From Anthoceros angustus (Eukaryota > Plantae > Anthocerotophyta): a stretch of DNA of 64,000 nt. The stretch is from assembly GCA_010909165.1 (NCBI GenBank), contig MU008198.1, forward strand, positions 473,429-537,428. Reading direction: 5' to 3'. Shown here in pieces: positions 51,291-63,524 of this stretch. Each line of letters begins with the position of its first letter. Positions within the stretch are counted from its first letter, which is position 1. Below the pieces are notes generated by a model. The model did not search any database. It saw only the letters and a program-made list of their open reading frames with translations, and had not been told where the DNA came from. Both the position numbers and the translations under genes were made by a program.

Positions 51291-53304
51291 ACCACGGACG
51301 AGGTACATGATGAGATGAGCCCTAATTGACCTTGCTTGACCGCATGGAGAAGCACATACACTTACGTCTCACGTGAAAAAGATATGGCGTGTTGCAAATG
51401 GCATTCCATAGTTCCTCATATTCATCTTCTTGTGGAGTAAGAATGTCTTGAGTGAATGTCTTAAGGACGCCTTCATATTTGTTTTCCTCTTCAATAAAAA
51501 TATCTTTCTCATATTCATTTTCTTGCTCTATAAAAATATCTAAGTTCTCCTCATATTGGTTTACTTCTTCTAAGAGAAATTCTTCGTTCTCATATTCATT
51601 TTTTCTTCATAAAAATGTACCTAGATCAAGATGCGTAGAAATGTCCTCGCATATTGGTTTACCTCTTGAGTAGAAATGTCCTCCTCATATTCGCCTTGAG
51701 TAAAATGTATTGCTCATATTCGTGTTCTTCACTAAAAATATGCTTGTCGTTATAATCGATTTCTTCTTCATTTTCCTTGTAGTAGTTTCTTCTTCATCTT
51801 CTTTATATTCTTTTTCTTCATCATTTTCCTTATAGTTATTCCCTCTTCAGCAAAATATTTTTGCATAATCTTCTTCCTCTTGCTTAGAAATATTCCTCAT
51901 CATCATCTTTTTCTTCACTAAAAATATGCTTGTCGTTATAATCGATTTCTTCTTCATTTTCCTTGTAGTGGCTTCTTCATCTTCTTTATATTCTTTTTCT
52001 TCATCATTTTCCTTATAGTTATTCCCTCTTCAGCAAAATATTTTTGCATAATCTTCTTCCTCTTGCTTAGAAATATTCTCATATTCATCTTCTTCTTCCT
52101 CTTCCTCTTTTTCTCAATTTCTTCATACCTTGGACCTGGACGATTTTTTCATGTCTTCCACATCAAGATGAATGTCTTGCTCATATTTGCTTTCTTTGTC
52201 TTGAACTATTATGCTCATACTCATTTTCCTCTTCCTCTTCCTCTTCTTCTACATAATCTTCTTCTTCTTCTTCTTCTACATAATCTTCTTCTTCTTCTAC
52301 ATAATCTTCTTCTTCTTCTTCTTCTTCTTCTACATAATCTTCTTCTTCTTCTACATAATCTTCTTCTTCTTCTCTTCATAATCTTCTTCTTCATAATCTT
52401 CTTCTTCTTCTTCTTCTTCTTCTTCATAATCTTCTTCTTCTTCTACATAATCTTCTTCTTCTTCTTCATCACTTAGAAAAATTCCCTCATAATTGTCTTT
52501 TGTACTAAGAATGTCTTATGTCAACAAGGAAGTCGCCACACTCAATTCCAAGATGTTTTGGAAGTATGGCACTAATTTTGTTGCTCCACAAGGGATCTAG
52601 TTTGAAAATATAGCGACATTTTGAAGGACTTCCCAATATATAGTGCAAGTTACTTTTTAATTGTAGGACGATTTCTGTCGTGAAAGGAATCAATTTAAAG
52701 TCTACTTGCAATTGCAAAAATTTTGTTTCAATGATCCTCTTGACCAAAGTCTGCATCTTTTTCTGATGACCTAACGCATATATCATGCGATGGATAGAAG
52801 AGATCTTGTGAGATGATTTTGAGCAATTTTGGCCTTCTCTTTTAAATTAGTTGCGAACAAGTTCTTGTGACTTGTATCTCCAAGTGATTGGAATTGTTTA
52901 AGGTCATCATAAGCGTAAAAGATATAACTTGATTCTACGGTTTACAAGAGGACAAAGAAGCACTTTGTCAAACTTTTCAAACAAGCTTTTAAAAGTTTGT
53001 GGAACGGAAAAGTTTGGTCTAAGTTTTGGCAAAACACGAGACAATTTGGGGACCAAGGCAAGGTTACGGTAGGGAAGTTTTTGCAGATGGATGAAGGAGG
53101 ATGACTACAATTCGTAGGAAGTAGGGGATTTGTAGGCGTCGAGCTAGCGTAATCGAGTTTCGAGACGCAGGTAGATAGTAGGTAAGTCGTTACAGGACGT
53201 CCGTAGGTGGTCCGGACTTGGTTAATTGAGAGAACACATGGGATGTCCTAGACTTAGCCATAACGGGTAGAAAGGCGATGGAAAGGATATGTTAGAAAAC
53301 CCAT
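51258..53304 (-). CDS. Orphan acidic-repeat protein, unit 7 (expanded EDYV block, internal duplication)
   Basis: ORF piece 52505-52786; duplication 51725-51895 / 51911-52078. Confidence 0.45.
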
Positions 53305-55016
53305 TTGATACGCATATATAGGGGAATTAGGGGTCTATTATGACATCCGAGAAACAAAGTTCCTTGGACTTCACTATAAATATCCAAGCGGGTAGGAAGT
53401 CCTTGGCCTTTGGGGTTTTGAGAAAGTTCCTTGTCGAGACCATGGTAGAAAAAGGATATGAGATAGAGCCATGCATTTCGCGAGCCAAGGAGGATAACTT
53501 CCTTGGAATTGAGGGAAGGGGGGTTCAATTTCTCGAATGTCACGCAGGGAGGGCTATATATACATGTCGGTTATCGATATAGAAGATGAGATTTGATGAT
53601 CGGGATCATCGAGGAGGACACGTGGCGCACATCGAGATGGGGCGCAACTAGGGACCGGATACCAACCGGATTATCACGAGAAGGAAAAGTGATTCGTGCA
53701 TAAGGCAGCACCATATCGAGGAAAGGAATCCTCTATAAGCTAGGACTAGACAAAGTAGTTCAAGGTGTTTGGAGGCGAACAAATTTCGGTGGTGGCGGAG
53801 GCCCTCTACATACTAAGGAGGCGGGGGACATTATTCACACAAGTATCAAGAAGATTTTGATTTGCTTTTGGTGGTCCACTATGCAAAGGGACATGGAAAT
53901 TTATCGAGTGATGCGTGTCAAAGGATAGGAGACCACATCTCCCTAAGGGCACATCTCCCTAAGAGAACGTTCCTCCAAGCCGAGCATGGCCCCTATGCTC
54001 TTCAACATGGGTAGGGAACAACATCCTACCCCAAGGATCTTTGGTCGGAGTTCTTACATGCTCATGTCCAACACACCCAAGCTCCCTCGAGCACATCACA
54101 CACCTTGAATATATGGTACGTTCCTAGCGAGCTCCTCACCAACCTCCTTAGCAACATTTCTCCTTAGTGAACTCCTCCCAAATCTCCCTTGATTGACCTC
54201 ATGCCCAATTCTCGGGCGGCCACCACGATGGCCCCTTTCACATTTGCTTGCAGCCCAAATACAAATTTCGCCTTCCTCAAGTGAATCCCCATCGATTCCT
54301 TCACCATGTTGCAGCCCGGATCCCCAAAGCTCGGCTCATAAGCTTGCCAAACAAGACCTAGGCCCCTCCTAGCATTTGCGGCACCACACCTCGTAATCAT
54401 GTCAATTCCACCAGCTTGGTTGTGAGCAAAAGGCAAAGGCTTGCCTTCTTCACAATTCACACCCTTCGTAGCCCACAACCAGACTCCACTTCTCACATTG
54501 CAAGGTCATCACCTCCTAAGTTCCACTAATCACAAGCTCCAGTTCATGGCCTCACACGCTTAGCTCACAAGGCACAAATTTCTCCCAAAATCCCAACTTC
54601 CGTGACTCTATCTTGGCTTCTCCACACCTTAGCTCCAAAAGTTGAGCTCTTGCCTCTGCACACCCACGACAACGCCGCCTCTTCCAACTTGCATGCCTTA
54701 CAATTAGCCGTGCTACTTCCAGACACACTCCTTGCAGCTCCTAGCTCCTTCCAACTATGTGCCCAACTTCCAAGCGCCGCCTTTAAGCCACTCGCCAAAC
54801 ATACATTCCTATTTTATCTACTTAAACTAGGGGTTCCAAATCAATCACTAATTCCCTTTGCACATATAGTCTATGGGGCAGATTCTACCCTACCCGCTCA
54901 TCTATCTAGGCTTGAGAAACTTCCAAATTCCTACCCTTGTCCCTAACTTTCTGGATGGCTCAAGAAGAAACACTCGTTACTACTCACTAATCACTTTGAA
55001 TAAAGATTGAACCAAA

Positions 55017-55370
55017 ATGAACCGAACGGATCAAAATGACAAAGGGACCCAAACTTTGCGTTGCACGCTCACTCCATGAATAACTCAAGGTTATCTTCAA
55101 GTGTCTGCGAATGATGAAAGTATTGCTAATTTGTGTGCCATGATACACGAGGCCTACCAAGCAAGATTTTACTTTCATTTATTTCCCGAGTACCTAAACT
55201 AGTTAATGGACAACAATGATGGATATTTGCAGCGCTTCATCGCGGTCGAAATACATTATGAAGGAAACAAAATCATCGAAGGATCCAAATAGTTGGGTGA
55301 TGCGGATTTGTATTATCAATATCTTTTCAAAGGTTAGGCGAGAAGTGATATGGGATACGATTTCAAAGTT
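55017..55370 (+). pseudogene. F-box-like gene 5' part, truncated at the array end
   Basis: Matches the other copies up to gatacgatttcaaagtt, then unrelated sequence. Confidence 0.45.
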
Positions 55371-57494
55371 CAACCAAATTTAGTAATTCCTTCTAGTGCT
55401 ATGCTATTTGAGAACAATCTTATTTTCATAGTAACCTTTAAATATGATTAGTTAGATGTTATTAATCAATCCTTGGCCTTTGAAAATAAGACCTTCTATA
55501 ATGTCTTTGATTGACCCTACCATATGTACTGAAGATTTAAACCAAAATACAAATCAAAATTTATCCTTGGCCTTTGAAAAGTAGTCTTCTTTGATTTTGA
55601 GTCCTTGGTCTTTGAATCTCTCACTACTTGACGACTATAAATGTGCCACCAGCCACACTAATTAGTTATCAAACAAGCTCAACCTTTGACGACCTTGGTG
55701 CATTTCACCGAGTAGCTAGTGACTTTTCAAGCGTGAAGTTACAACATTTTGTTTTGGTGACAATGGTGTCCGTGAAAAGGTTTTGAAGAATTTGATGAGG
55801 AAATCAAGCCCGATTTCCAAAGAGGATTCATCGCAATTGTTTCAGCCGTAGTATCCGCTGTACGACGGATAAAACTTGTGTTTCTATTGCAGACGGATAA
55901 CATTTCCGTTCTGTTGCTCATATGTCCGTAGCTTGTTCACCATGCTTCTTAAAACTTGAGATATCCTTTATCAATCATAAGATGTCGATAAGGAGGTTAT
56001 GAAAACACTTGACATGGAGCACCGTGAGAAAATGCTTGTGGGGCTTCTATCGCCTCAACTATTATGGTGCATTTTAGAGTGGAAACCATAACATGCATCG
56101 GTTGCAACCTTAACATGCATCTTGCAACCTAAGAATTCTTCAAGCACGCTTTCAAGAAGATCACGCCGAGGTTACCTTCTTGTAAGATCATTTGATGAGC
56201 GAAGAGGAGCACAAGTTACACAATCATATTCTTGAATTGGTGGAGAAAGGAATTCTTCAATTTTTGAAATGGATGATCACACTTGCAAAAGGAATGTAAA
56301 TGCAAGATCATATTCATTAATTTATTTTAGCAGTGATATATTCAATTTTATTCTCTTTCCTACTTCATGTTTTGAAATGTTTCAAACCATCATTATGTTA
56401 CCGAGATCATTTAACGCCACCGTGGCGCTGCTTTTCTCGTCCACCTAATCAATTTACAGACGCACGGATCTCCATCGTAACACCCCTAGAAGATCTAAAT
56501 CGCTTTGCTTCAATGACAAATGTTGCACGATCCGGGAAGGCCTCGCCATTCAACGCGCCTCCTTAAGATATGGGCTATTGAGCTCCAAGAAGTCTCGAGG
56601 CGAGTGGATGCCCGAGCTGAATTTTGGGGCTGCCTTGAAATACTTGGGAAAGATGGTGCGGATGAGAAACACAAAAAAGCGAGCACAACCTGATTTTGGT
56701 ACAAGCGCCGAGAGTCTACCATGCCAATTTTTCACAACGCTTGATCTATTGGGTGTCGTTTAGTTGCGTCTTCTAGCTCGCCGATAACCGCCCATAATGA
56801 AATGCTGGTAAGTAGCTTCTAGACAAGGTTTTAGTATAGTTAATTAGCAATATTCTAGGAAAGTGATAAAATAGAAAATAGTGATAATATAGAAGAAAAT
56901 AGAAAGAGTGATAATATAGAAGGCCATGGGTGCCCTAGTCTATATATGTCCTATATACTCACACATATATTATGTATCTTGTGTTGGGTTTTCTATGTTA
57001 TCTTAGGTTATAATTATTCTAAAGTAGGTATTTGTTTTCATATCTTTGTGTTTGGCCTCTAAAGTTGTTTGTGTGCACCTTGTGAACACGAACGGGTGGT
57101 ACAAGAATAACCGAAAAAGAATTTTAGATATCAAATCGTCACACACCATCCAAGAAAAACACATAGCTTGATTAGAGAAAGCTCTAAGGAAAAGAAATGG
57201 CTGCTCAAGACTTCATCTAGCATAAATACACGTGGTGACAAGAGGAGGTTTAACGGGTCCGAAAATACCAATGATAATAGGAAAACGTTACCACGAAAAA
57301 GATTCAACGACCAAGTTCAAAAGGAAATCGAGATTCACATGGTCAAGCTCCTCAACTACTTGAACTCGAAACCCAACTTACTGCTCATCCGCTTATACTT
57401 TGAGTTCTATCCTCGCATATGTCATTCCACAAACCTCCTCTACATCACAAGACGGTCCGCCACAACAATTTTGGACATAATATCAACCATACTT

Positions 57495-57872
57495 CAAAAT
57501 TTTACGATGGGAACGATATCAAAATTCCAATCTTGTTCAAGGATGCCCTCGGGCATATTTTGAAAATTATGGGCAAATGACTAATACGAGGGTCTCATCA
57601 CCTACTTCTCGTGTTGGATCCAACCATGTTCAAGGATATCCACGTGCACATGTTCAAGGTCATGCGAAAATGATTAATACTACTAGGGCTGCATTTTATG
57701 ATGCGAACAATATTCAAACTCCAATCATGTTCAAGGATGCCTCCGGCATATTATGAAGATGATGTTAAAATGACTAATACTAGGGTCCCATCACCTAGTT
57801 CTCGTGTTGGATTTGATCGTGGTCAAGGATATCCGCACATATCCAAGGTTATGTGGAAATGACTAATACTAC
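57495..57872 (+). repeat. Two ~194-bp diverged tandem repeats with coding character; third copy at 63852-64000
   Basis: atttta(c/t)gat..ccaatc(t/a)tgttcaaggatgcc..ctaatac..agggtc(t/c)catcaccta..tgttggat; copy 1 translates as NSNLVQGCPRAYFENYGQMTNTRVSSPTSRVGSNHVQGYP. Confidence 0.85.
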
Positions 57873-58138
57873 GGTCGCCACCGTGTTTTCTGAGGCGATG
57901 ATGTAGGGATTACTAGCCATACGGAAAATAAAGACTACAAGAAAATAGTATGGTATTTGCGCCAAATCCTTATGCGGAAAAAGCGCTAGCATGCAATCAT
58001 TGTACGTCGAGGAAATGCTTCAATTGATGGAAACAATTACGACAACAACATAGCTGGAAAAACGAGATACTACGTGTCAAAATAGCCGATGAATTGGCTC
58101 AATCACAAAGTGTCCCATCAATTATTTCCAAACTAATG

Positions 58139-61100
58139 TGTCACGCAGGTGAAGAACCAGCCTCGAAGCCAACACGGTAAAGAAGAGAGGCACAAACAGA
58201 GTGAGCTTTTAGGGTACCAATGCTGCTCACTGCGGGAATAGGCATGCCCGTTAGACACCCCTAGATATTCCGCTTAGGTCATCCATAGATAACGATTGTT
58301 CAGATTAGGTAACACCGTAAATAGGCTTTGGTACGCGTAGACCAGAATCACACACTTCTTGGCCGGCCACCGCTCCTACGTATTGCTCACGAAAACGATG
58401 CGCCATTCCCGAGCTCAACTCACACGCTCCCGCATCGCAACGATCCCGAGGAGTGTTGCATCCGGTATCGAGCCCGCTCGCCGCAATCGACATTTGTTGG
58501 AAACCCTTGGCGCAGCCGAATGAGCTGACGGTCTCACCACGTGAGGTGGAGAGGCAGATCTCCGAGCGATGAAGAGGAACATCCGCTGGAGGGAATCGGG
58601 GTACGCCGAGGTAGCATGCACCCACCTTGTCGCCCATAGATCAATCACACGGTCCTTGGAAAAGTGCCCGCAGAGAAGAGCTGCACGAGATCCGACGGAG
58701 CTTATAAGACTCCAATCTCAAAGCAGGCTACCCGAACATCCGAGTATGTCGACGCGAGGCGCACATAAATGACATGCCAGAACCTCTCCTACGGAGGGCA
58801 GAGGAAGAAGGGCGGCCCCACAATCCCACCAGGGACGACGGATGAGTCGCTACAACCGAAAAGCGATGCAAGAGCATCATACCCAGGCTCGTGCCACCGA
58901 GGAGCGATCAGAACTGGAGGGACTCATGAGGACATGTCCGAGACCTTGGTCTCACAAGGACATCGGATGAGCGTGGAGCAATCTAGAAAGAGTGGAGTCA
59001 CGGGAAGAGGGCTACCGCGTTTGGAGAACGATGCAGGTGTGCTACGGGCATTGGGCCACCCACCTAATCCAAGACCCGCGCTCTAGACTTAGACACATCC
59101 AACCAACACGGCTGACGCCCAAGATACGATCCACGGACCGTGATGCACCCACACCTGCGGTGATCAGCCAACGGAGTAAGGAGAAGAGGGCGCAGAACCA
59201 AGTACCAACCCGTAGCATGGAGGAAGGTGACCTACGCAGTTGGCGGTTGAGCTCTTGTGAGAGGCGAGAACAAGGACATCAAGGCCTTGGTCTGGCCGAC
59301 TACCGAGGTATGAGCACCGGGAGGCCCAAGGGTAAGGCCTATCAAGATCGATGGAGCAAAGAGATAACCTATCATCCTTGAGGTCACTGGACAAAGAGCT
59401 TCAAAGAAAAATCGGACAACAACGCTCAACAAGGCGAGAAGGACGCAGTCATTCACTCGTTGGTTGGATAAATTGGATAAGTACCTCAATGCCACGGAGA
59501 AGGACGATATGCGTAAGATTGATTCACGTGATGTCTCTCGAGGGTTACGCCTATAGGTGGTGGAGGCAAAGGAACATCAAGTGGAGCGGGATGGAAACCC
59601 CAATTTTCACTTGGGCTACCTTCCGCGAAATTTTCTCCTGAATTTTCTCCCGCAACACGGAACTCTATCATCGATTGGAAAATCCAACAAAAGCAGCTTT
59701 GTCAGAATCTGCGACCGGTTCTTGCGGCTTACTCGATATGCCCCGGTTGGACGCGAAGAAGATTGAGCGTTCATTGATGGGTGAAGTAAATGCAATTGCG
59801 CGATGTGAATCGGACTAATCCGGACGCGTTGGCCGATGCTATGAGGCAATCAACTATGGGAGCAATAAGTACAAGTGACACATCCAACCCAACCAATTGG
59901 GGTCAAGTAGCGGCTGAAAAAACCAGTCTTCAAGATCCTAGACGAGGAGAAAAGAAGGTACCATGAGAAGCACATGTGCTTCACATGTATCTCGACCGAA
60001 CACGGGTCTAGAGCCTGCCCCTACCGCAAGGAATTCATCAGCTGGCTGAAAGAAACAGGTCAGACCACACGTACCCCTCCTAGGCCAGCCACTGCTGTCA
60101 AGAGTGGGCATTCGGTGACGATAGAGGAGGTTGTGGAACCCCAAAAATCAGTAGCGTCGTCCAGCAAGTTGTGTCTTGGCTGCAGTAAGTCTGGAGTCTG
60201 CAACCTAGAACACGTGCCGATCAAACTGTTAGTAAGTATAAATGGTATGACTGCAACGAGTCTCTTGGACTCGGAGCCGATCACTATATCTCTAGTTCTG
60301 AGAAGCGGTTGCTAATCAAGACCTTTGGACACACTCCCACGATGGTTCTGACCCTCAATGGGCGTGATGTGTCGAACAATGTGCGGTGAAGTTACCTTTC
60401 AAGGCCATGCCGAGTACATTCTTGTCATGCCACACTTTGTCACGATAATTGGCAAGCCATGGCTGGCCAAGCACTCCCATCGATTGTCGATAGACCTGGA
60501 CAAACAACATAGTCAGATTGAGCACACTATGCATGTAATGAAGGGAGACAAGTATGTCCCAAAAACACTTATTTGCGTTGTCCGCCTACAAAGCCACCAC
60601 CCTGTGGAGGTTTTGTATGTGGCGAAGCTAAAAAGTCTTGCCTTTAGAAGGCATGAGAATCTAGGGCGGCAAAAGCTAAGGAGGACGAGCTACCCTGTGA
60701 GATGAAGGACTTCTTTGGGCCGATTTCAAGGATGTATTTGAGACACCTACAGAGTTACCTCCACGTCCGGGCAATCGATCATGCCATCGAAGCCCGACCA
60801 CACAGCCAGGCATACCACCACAGGCTTGACATCCGAGAGCGAAGAGATTAAGGCGGTGGATGAATTCTTACAACAAGGTTTTGTCCGGCCTCGCCTCCTG
60901 TATTGCAGGTAGGCCATGGAGGATGGAGATTATGTATCGATTACAGGGCTTGAAACAGGGCTCGTGAGGAATGTGTATCAAATGCCCAGAATTGACGAAA
61001 TCTTAGATCAGTTGCATGGGGCCAGATACTTTACCAAGATAGATCTGCGCTCCAGCTTTCATCAGATCCGGATCCGAGAAGGTGACGAGTATAAAACTGC

Positions 61101-63524
61101 GTTTCGAACTCGACACGGCCACTTCGAATTCATAGTGATGCCGTTCGGTCTGTACGCACCCACTTTTCGGTGCACGATGCGAAATACGTCCTCTCCTTGG
61201 TCGGGTGTCGAGGTGTTCCTCGACGATGTCGATCTACACACGGATCCACGGGACCACTATGAGCTGGTGAGGAAAGTCTTGAACTTGAAAGAACGTTAGC
61301 AAAACGCGAGTGCGTTTTCATGAAGGCAGAATGAGTACGGGTCACCTTATCGTCGAGGGTATAAAGTTGACACCGCAAGATCCAAGCTATATCGAATGGA
61401 CATCGCCACGATATCACCCACCTGTGGCTTCGAATGCTTACGGCAGATTCATCGTGACTTCAGAAATAGCTGCCCTTGACGATGCCCTCCGCCGACCAGA
61501 AACTCGACGTTAGGTAAGGAAGCGAACAAGCATTCACAACACTCAAACTTGCTCTCGCCTCACCCTATTCAGTACAACCCGAAATTACCTTACAGCCACA
61601 CCGACGCATCCGACTATGCCACTGGCTTTTCCCAAGAAGGTAAGGCCATTGCTTATGAGTCAAGCCAGGTGCATGTGAATTACGCCATGCACGATAAAGA
61701 AATGCTCCATAGTCCATGCAACAAAATTTGGCGACATTATTTGCTTGGTCGAGGTTCGTATGCTATGTATCACCACAGCTTGCAACATTTTTTCTCAGCC
61801 TAACTGAATGCCGGCAATGACGGTGGTCCTAATATTTGCGTACTTCAACTTTAGATCCTACGCCAAGGGACCTACTAATGTTGTAGCAGATGCCTTAGTC
61901 GCCGAGCCTGCCCCTTATGACTACCAGCTTGACACCATACAGAAGTTCGGGATGCTCCCACGTGATCCCACTATGGACCATATATCAAGAATTGTTGAAG
62001 ACGCAGGATGGCTCCCACCATTAATGCAGAATACACCATCAAAGATGCATGCCTCAGATAAGAAGGGACGTGGTTATACTCGCTTATTGCCTGGCACGCA
62101 CTTCTGACATGATACATCTCGTGCCATCTTGGTATTGACAAACGACGCCTGCAAAAGAACATTTTATTGGGATGGCTTGAGGAGATGCCATCACCGGGTC
62201 CGCCTCGACATCCCGCCATCAAGCAAAACGGAGAACCGAAACAGGCTGATGCCATTAAACATCCCAACCGTAGGTTCCAATCGATCTCCATGGATTTTAT
62301 CACCATCTTCCGGACCAACCGGAAGGATGATATGGGTTGTAATGGATGTTGTCAAAAACGTGCCACCTCATCCCGACTACAGATCGTAACAAAGAACTGT
62401 TAGCCCATTTCATCGAGAAGCCTGCTTACACGGAACCCGAGAGCATCGTGTCCGGGGACACCAAGTTTACATCCGATTTTGCGTCACCAAACTTTGGGTA
62501 TCAAGCAAAACCTCTCACTGTCACCGATGACGGCAAACCGAGAAGCATAATCAGTGTTAGAAGACATGTTAAGGCACTTCACCAACGAAGCAAGGACTAT
62601 GGGAAGCGATGTTACCTTTATTGGAACGCATACAACACATCCGCACGCAGCAGGGTAGCCCCTTCAAACTTCTCTATGGCGGTGCCCACCTCCACGGCCT
62701 ATGGCCTTCGCCCAAGACAAATGGCAAAGTGCGGTGAGTTAGCGAGGACATTTTCCGAGATCCAACAAGCGAGGCCGGAGCTTGCGGCTCAAGACCGCTA
62801 CGATCGGCCAACCAGATCGGCGCTAACATACCGGTTGGTCGACTTGTGTGGTTACGCATGAAACCACACCGGTATCCTCTGGTGTAAGAACAAGCTCGTC
62901 TGATTTGCTGGTCCTTCATCACCACAAGTGAATGGCTTGGTCGAGCATGAAAATGCAGCATTACCTTCCATGTGTCGATCGAAAAGAAGGATCCTTCCAT
63001 AGAGACAATTGGTAAGTATGTTGTCCTTCTGCATTAAGGACCCAACAAAGGCATCGACCCGGCCGAGGTAGTCAACAGACCAGACATGGCGATAGCCCTG
63101 CTTGGCTAGTACCCACAGCGATCCTCAAGCTCGAACCGCACCATCACGGATTACCTAGGAGTGGGATCGATAGCGGCGTGGGAGGCTTGGTGCCGATTTG
63201 GCTCAATCATCTTTGATGTGAGGACAGGACCATGCTTAGTGGGAGATGTCACTAAGAACCAACACAAGCCAACACGGCCGTAGTGATGAGGCCACTGCAA
63301 GTAGTGCAATGACTTAATACCACCAATTTTTGTTATTGGACGGACAGCATGCCCGTTTTCGCTAGATATTCAAGTCATCCAGATAACATGTTGATTAAGG
63401 TATAGTAAATACTTTAGTGCGTTAGAGTGCTTAGTAGTACAGACTTTTCTTCATGGCCACTCCTACAACTTCACGATAGCGATGACCATTAAATCAAGGC
63501 TGGCGCAACGATCCTGCTGTTGCA
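58139..63524 (+). mobile_element. Ty3/Gypsy LTR retrotransposon (chromovirus-like), same lineage as element 1
   Basis: 5' LTR 58139-58460 (tgtcac..gttgca) with PBS ggtatc(a)gagc. Gag WLDKLDKYL, CCHC CFTCISTEHGSRAC; protease region IIGKPWL; [59 protein letters not shown] and FLDD; RNase H TDASDYA..IAYES..NYAMHDKEML; integrase FQSISMDFI, SIVS.DTKFTS, TFHVS; degenerate chromodomain near 63150. PPT ttagtgggaga; 3' LTR 63247-63524; TSD taatg/caatg. Confidence 0.92.

Larger units (their letters stand above)
6660..55370. repeat. Head-to-tail macro-tandem array, unit ~6.5 kb
   Basis: Anchor gggcatcatg(tatg)aagcttcttccc at 6660, 9912, 17098, 23362, 35912, 42382, 48889. Spacings are 6264, 12550 (includes the ~6.06-kb LTR element), 6470 and 6507. 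Similarity stops abruptly after gatacgatttcaaagtt at 55370. Confidence 0.97.

Noticed and set aside
7967-52476. Plus-strand poly-Leu/poly-Phe ORFs and minus-strand poly-Arg/Lys ORFs (e.g. 18199-18582, 24665-25072, 52221-52427)
   Set aside because: These are alternative frames of the (GAA)n microsatellite; the acidic minus frame is the one continuous with complex flanking sequence.
6660-55370. Array as a tandem LTR/TRIM/LARD with shared 4.5-kb LTRs
   Set aside because: No TG..CA ends, PBS or PPT at the phase boundaries, and the F-box-like frame runs across the supposed boundary.
6660-55370. Array as rDNA, 5S, snRNA or CRISPR repeats
   Set aside because: No recognisable structural RNA sequence and no short repeat-spacer pattern; the context is eukaryotic.
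55471-55615. Three ccttgg(c/t)ctttgaa motifs, and short gtgataatatagaa repeats near 56860-56920
   Set aside because: Too short and degenerate to assign as TIR or subterminal repeats.
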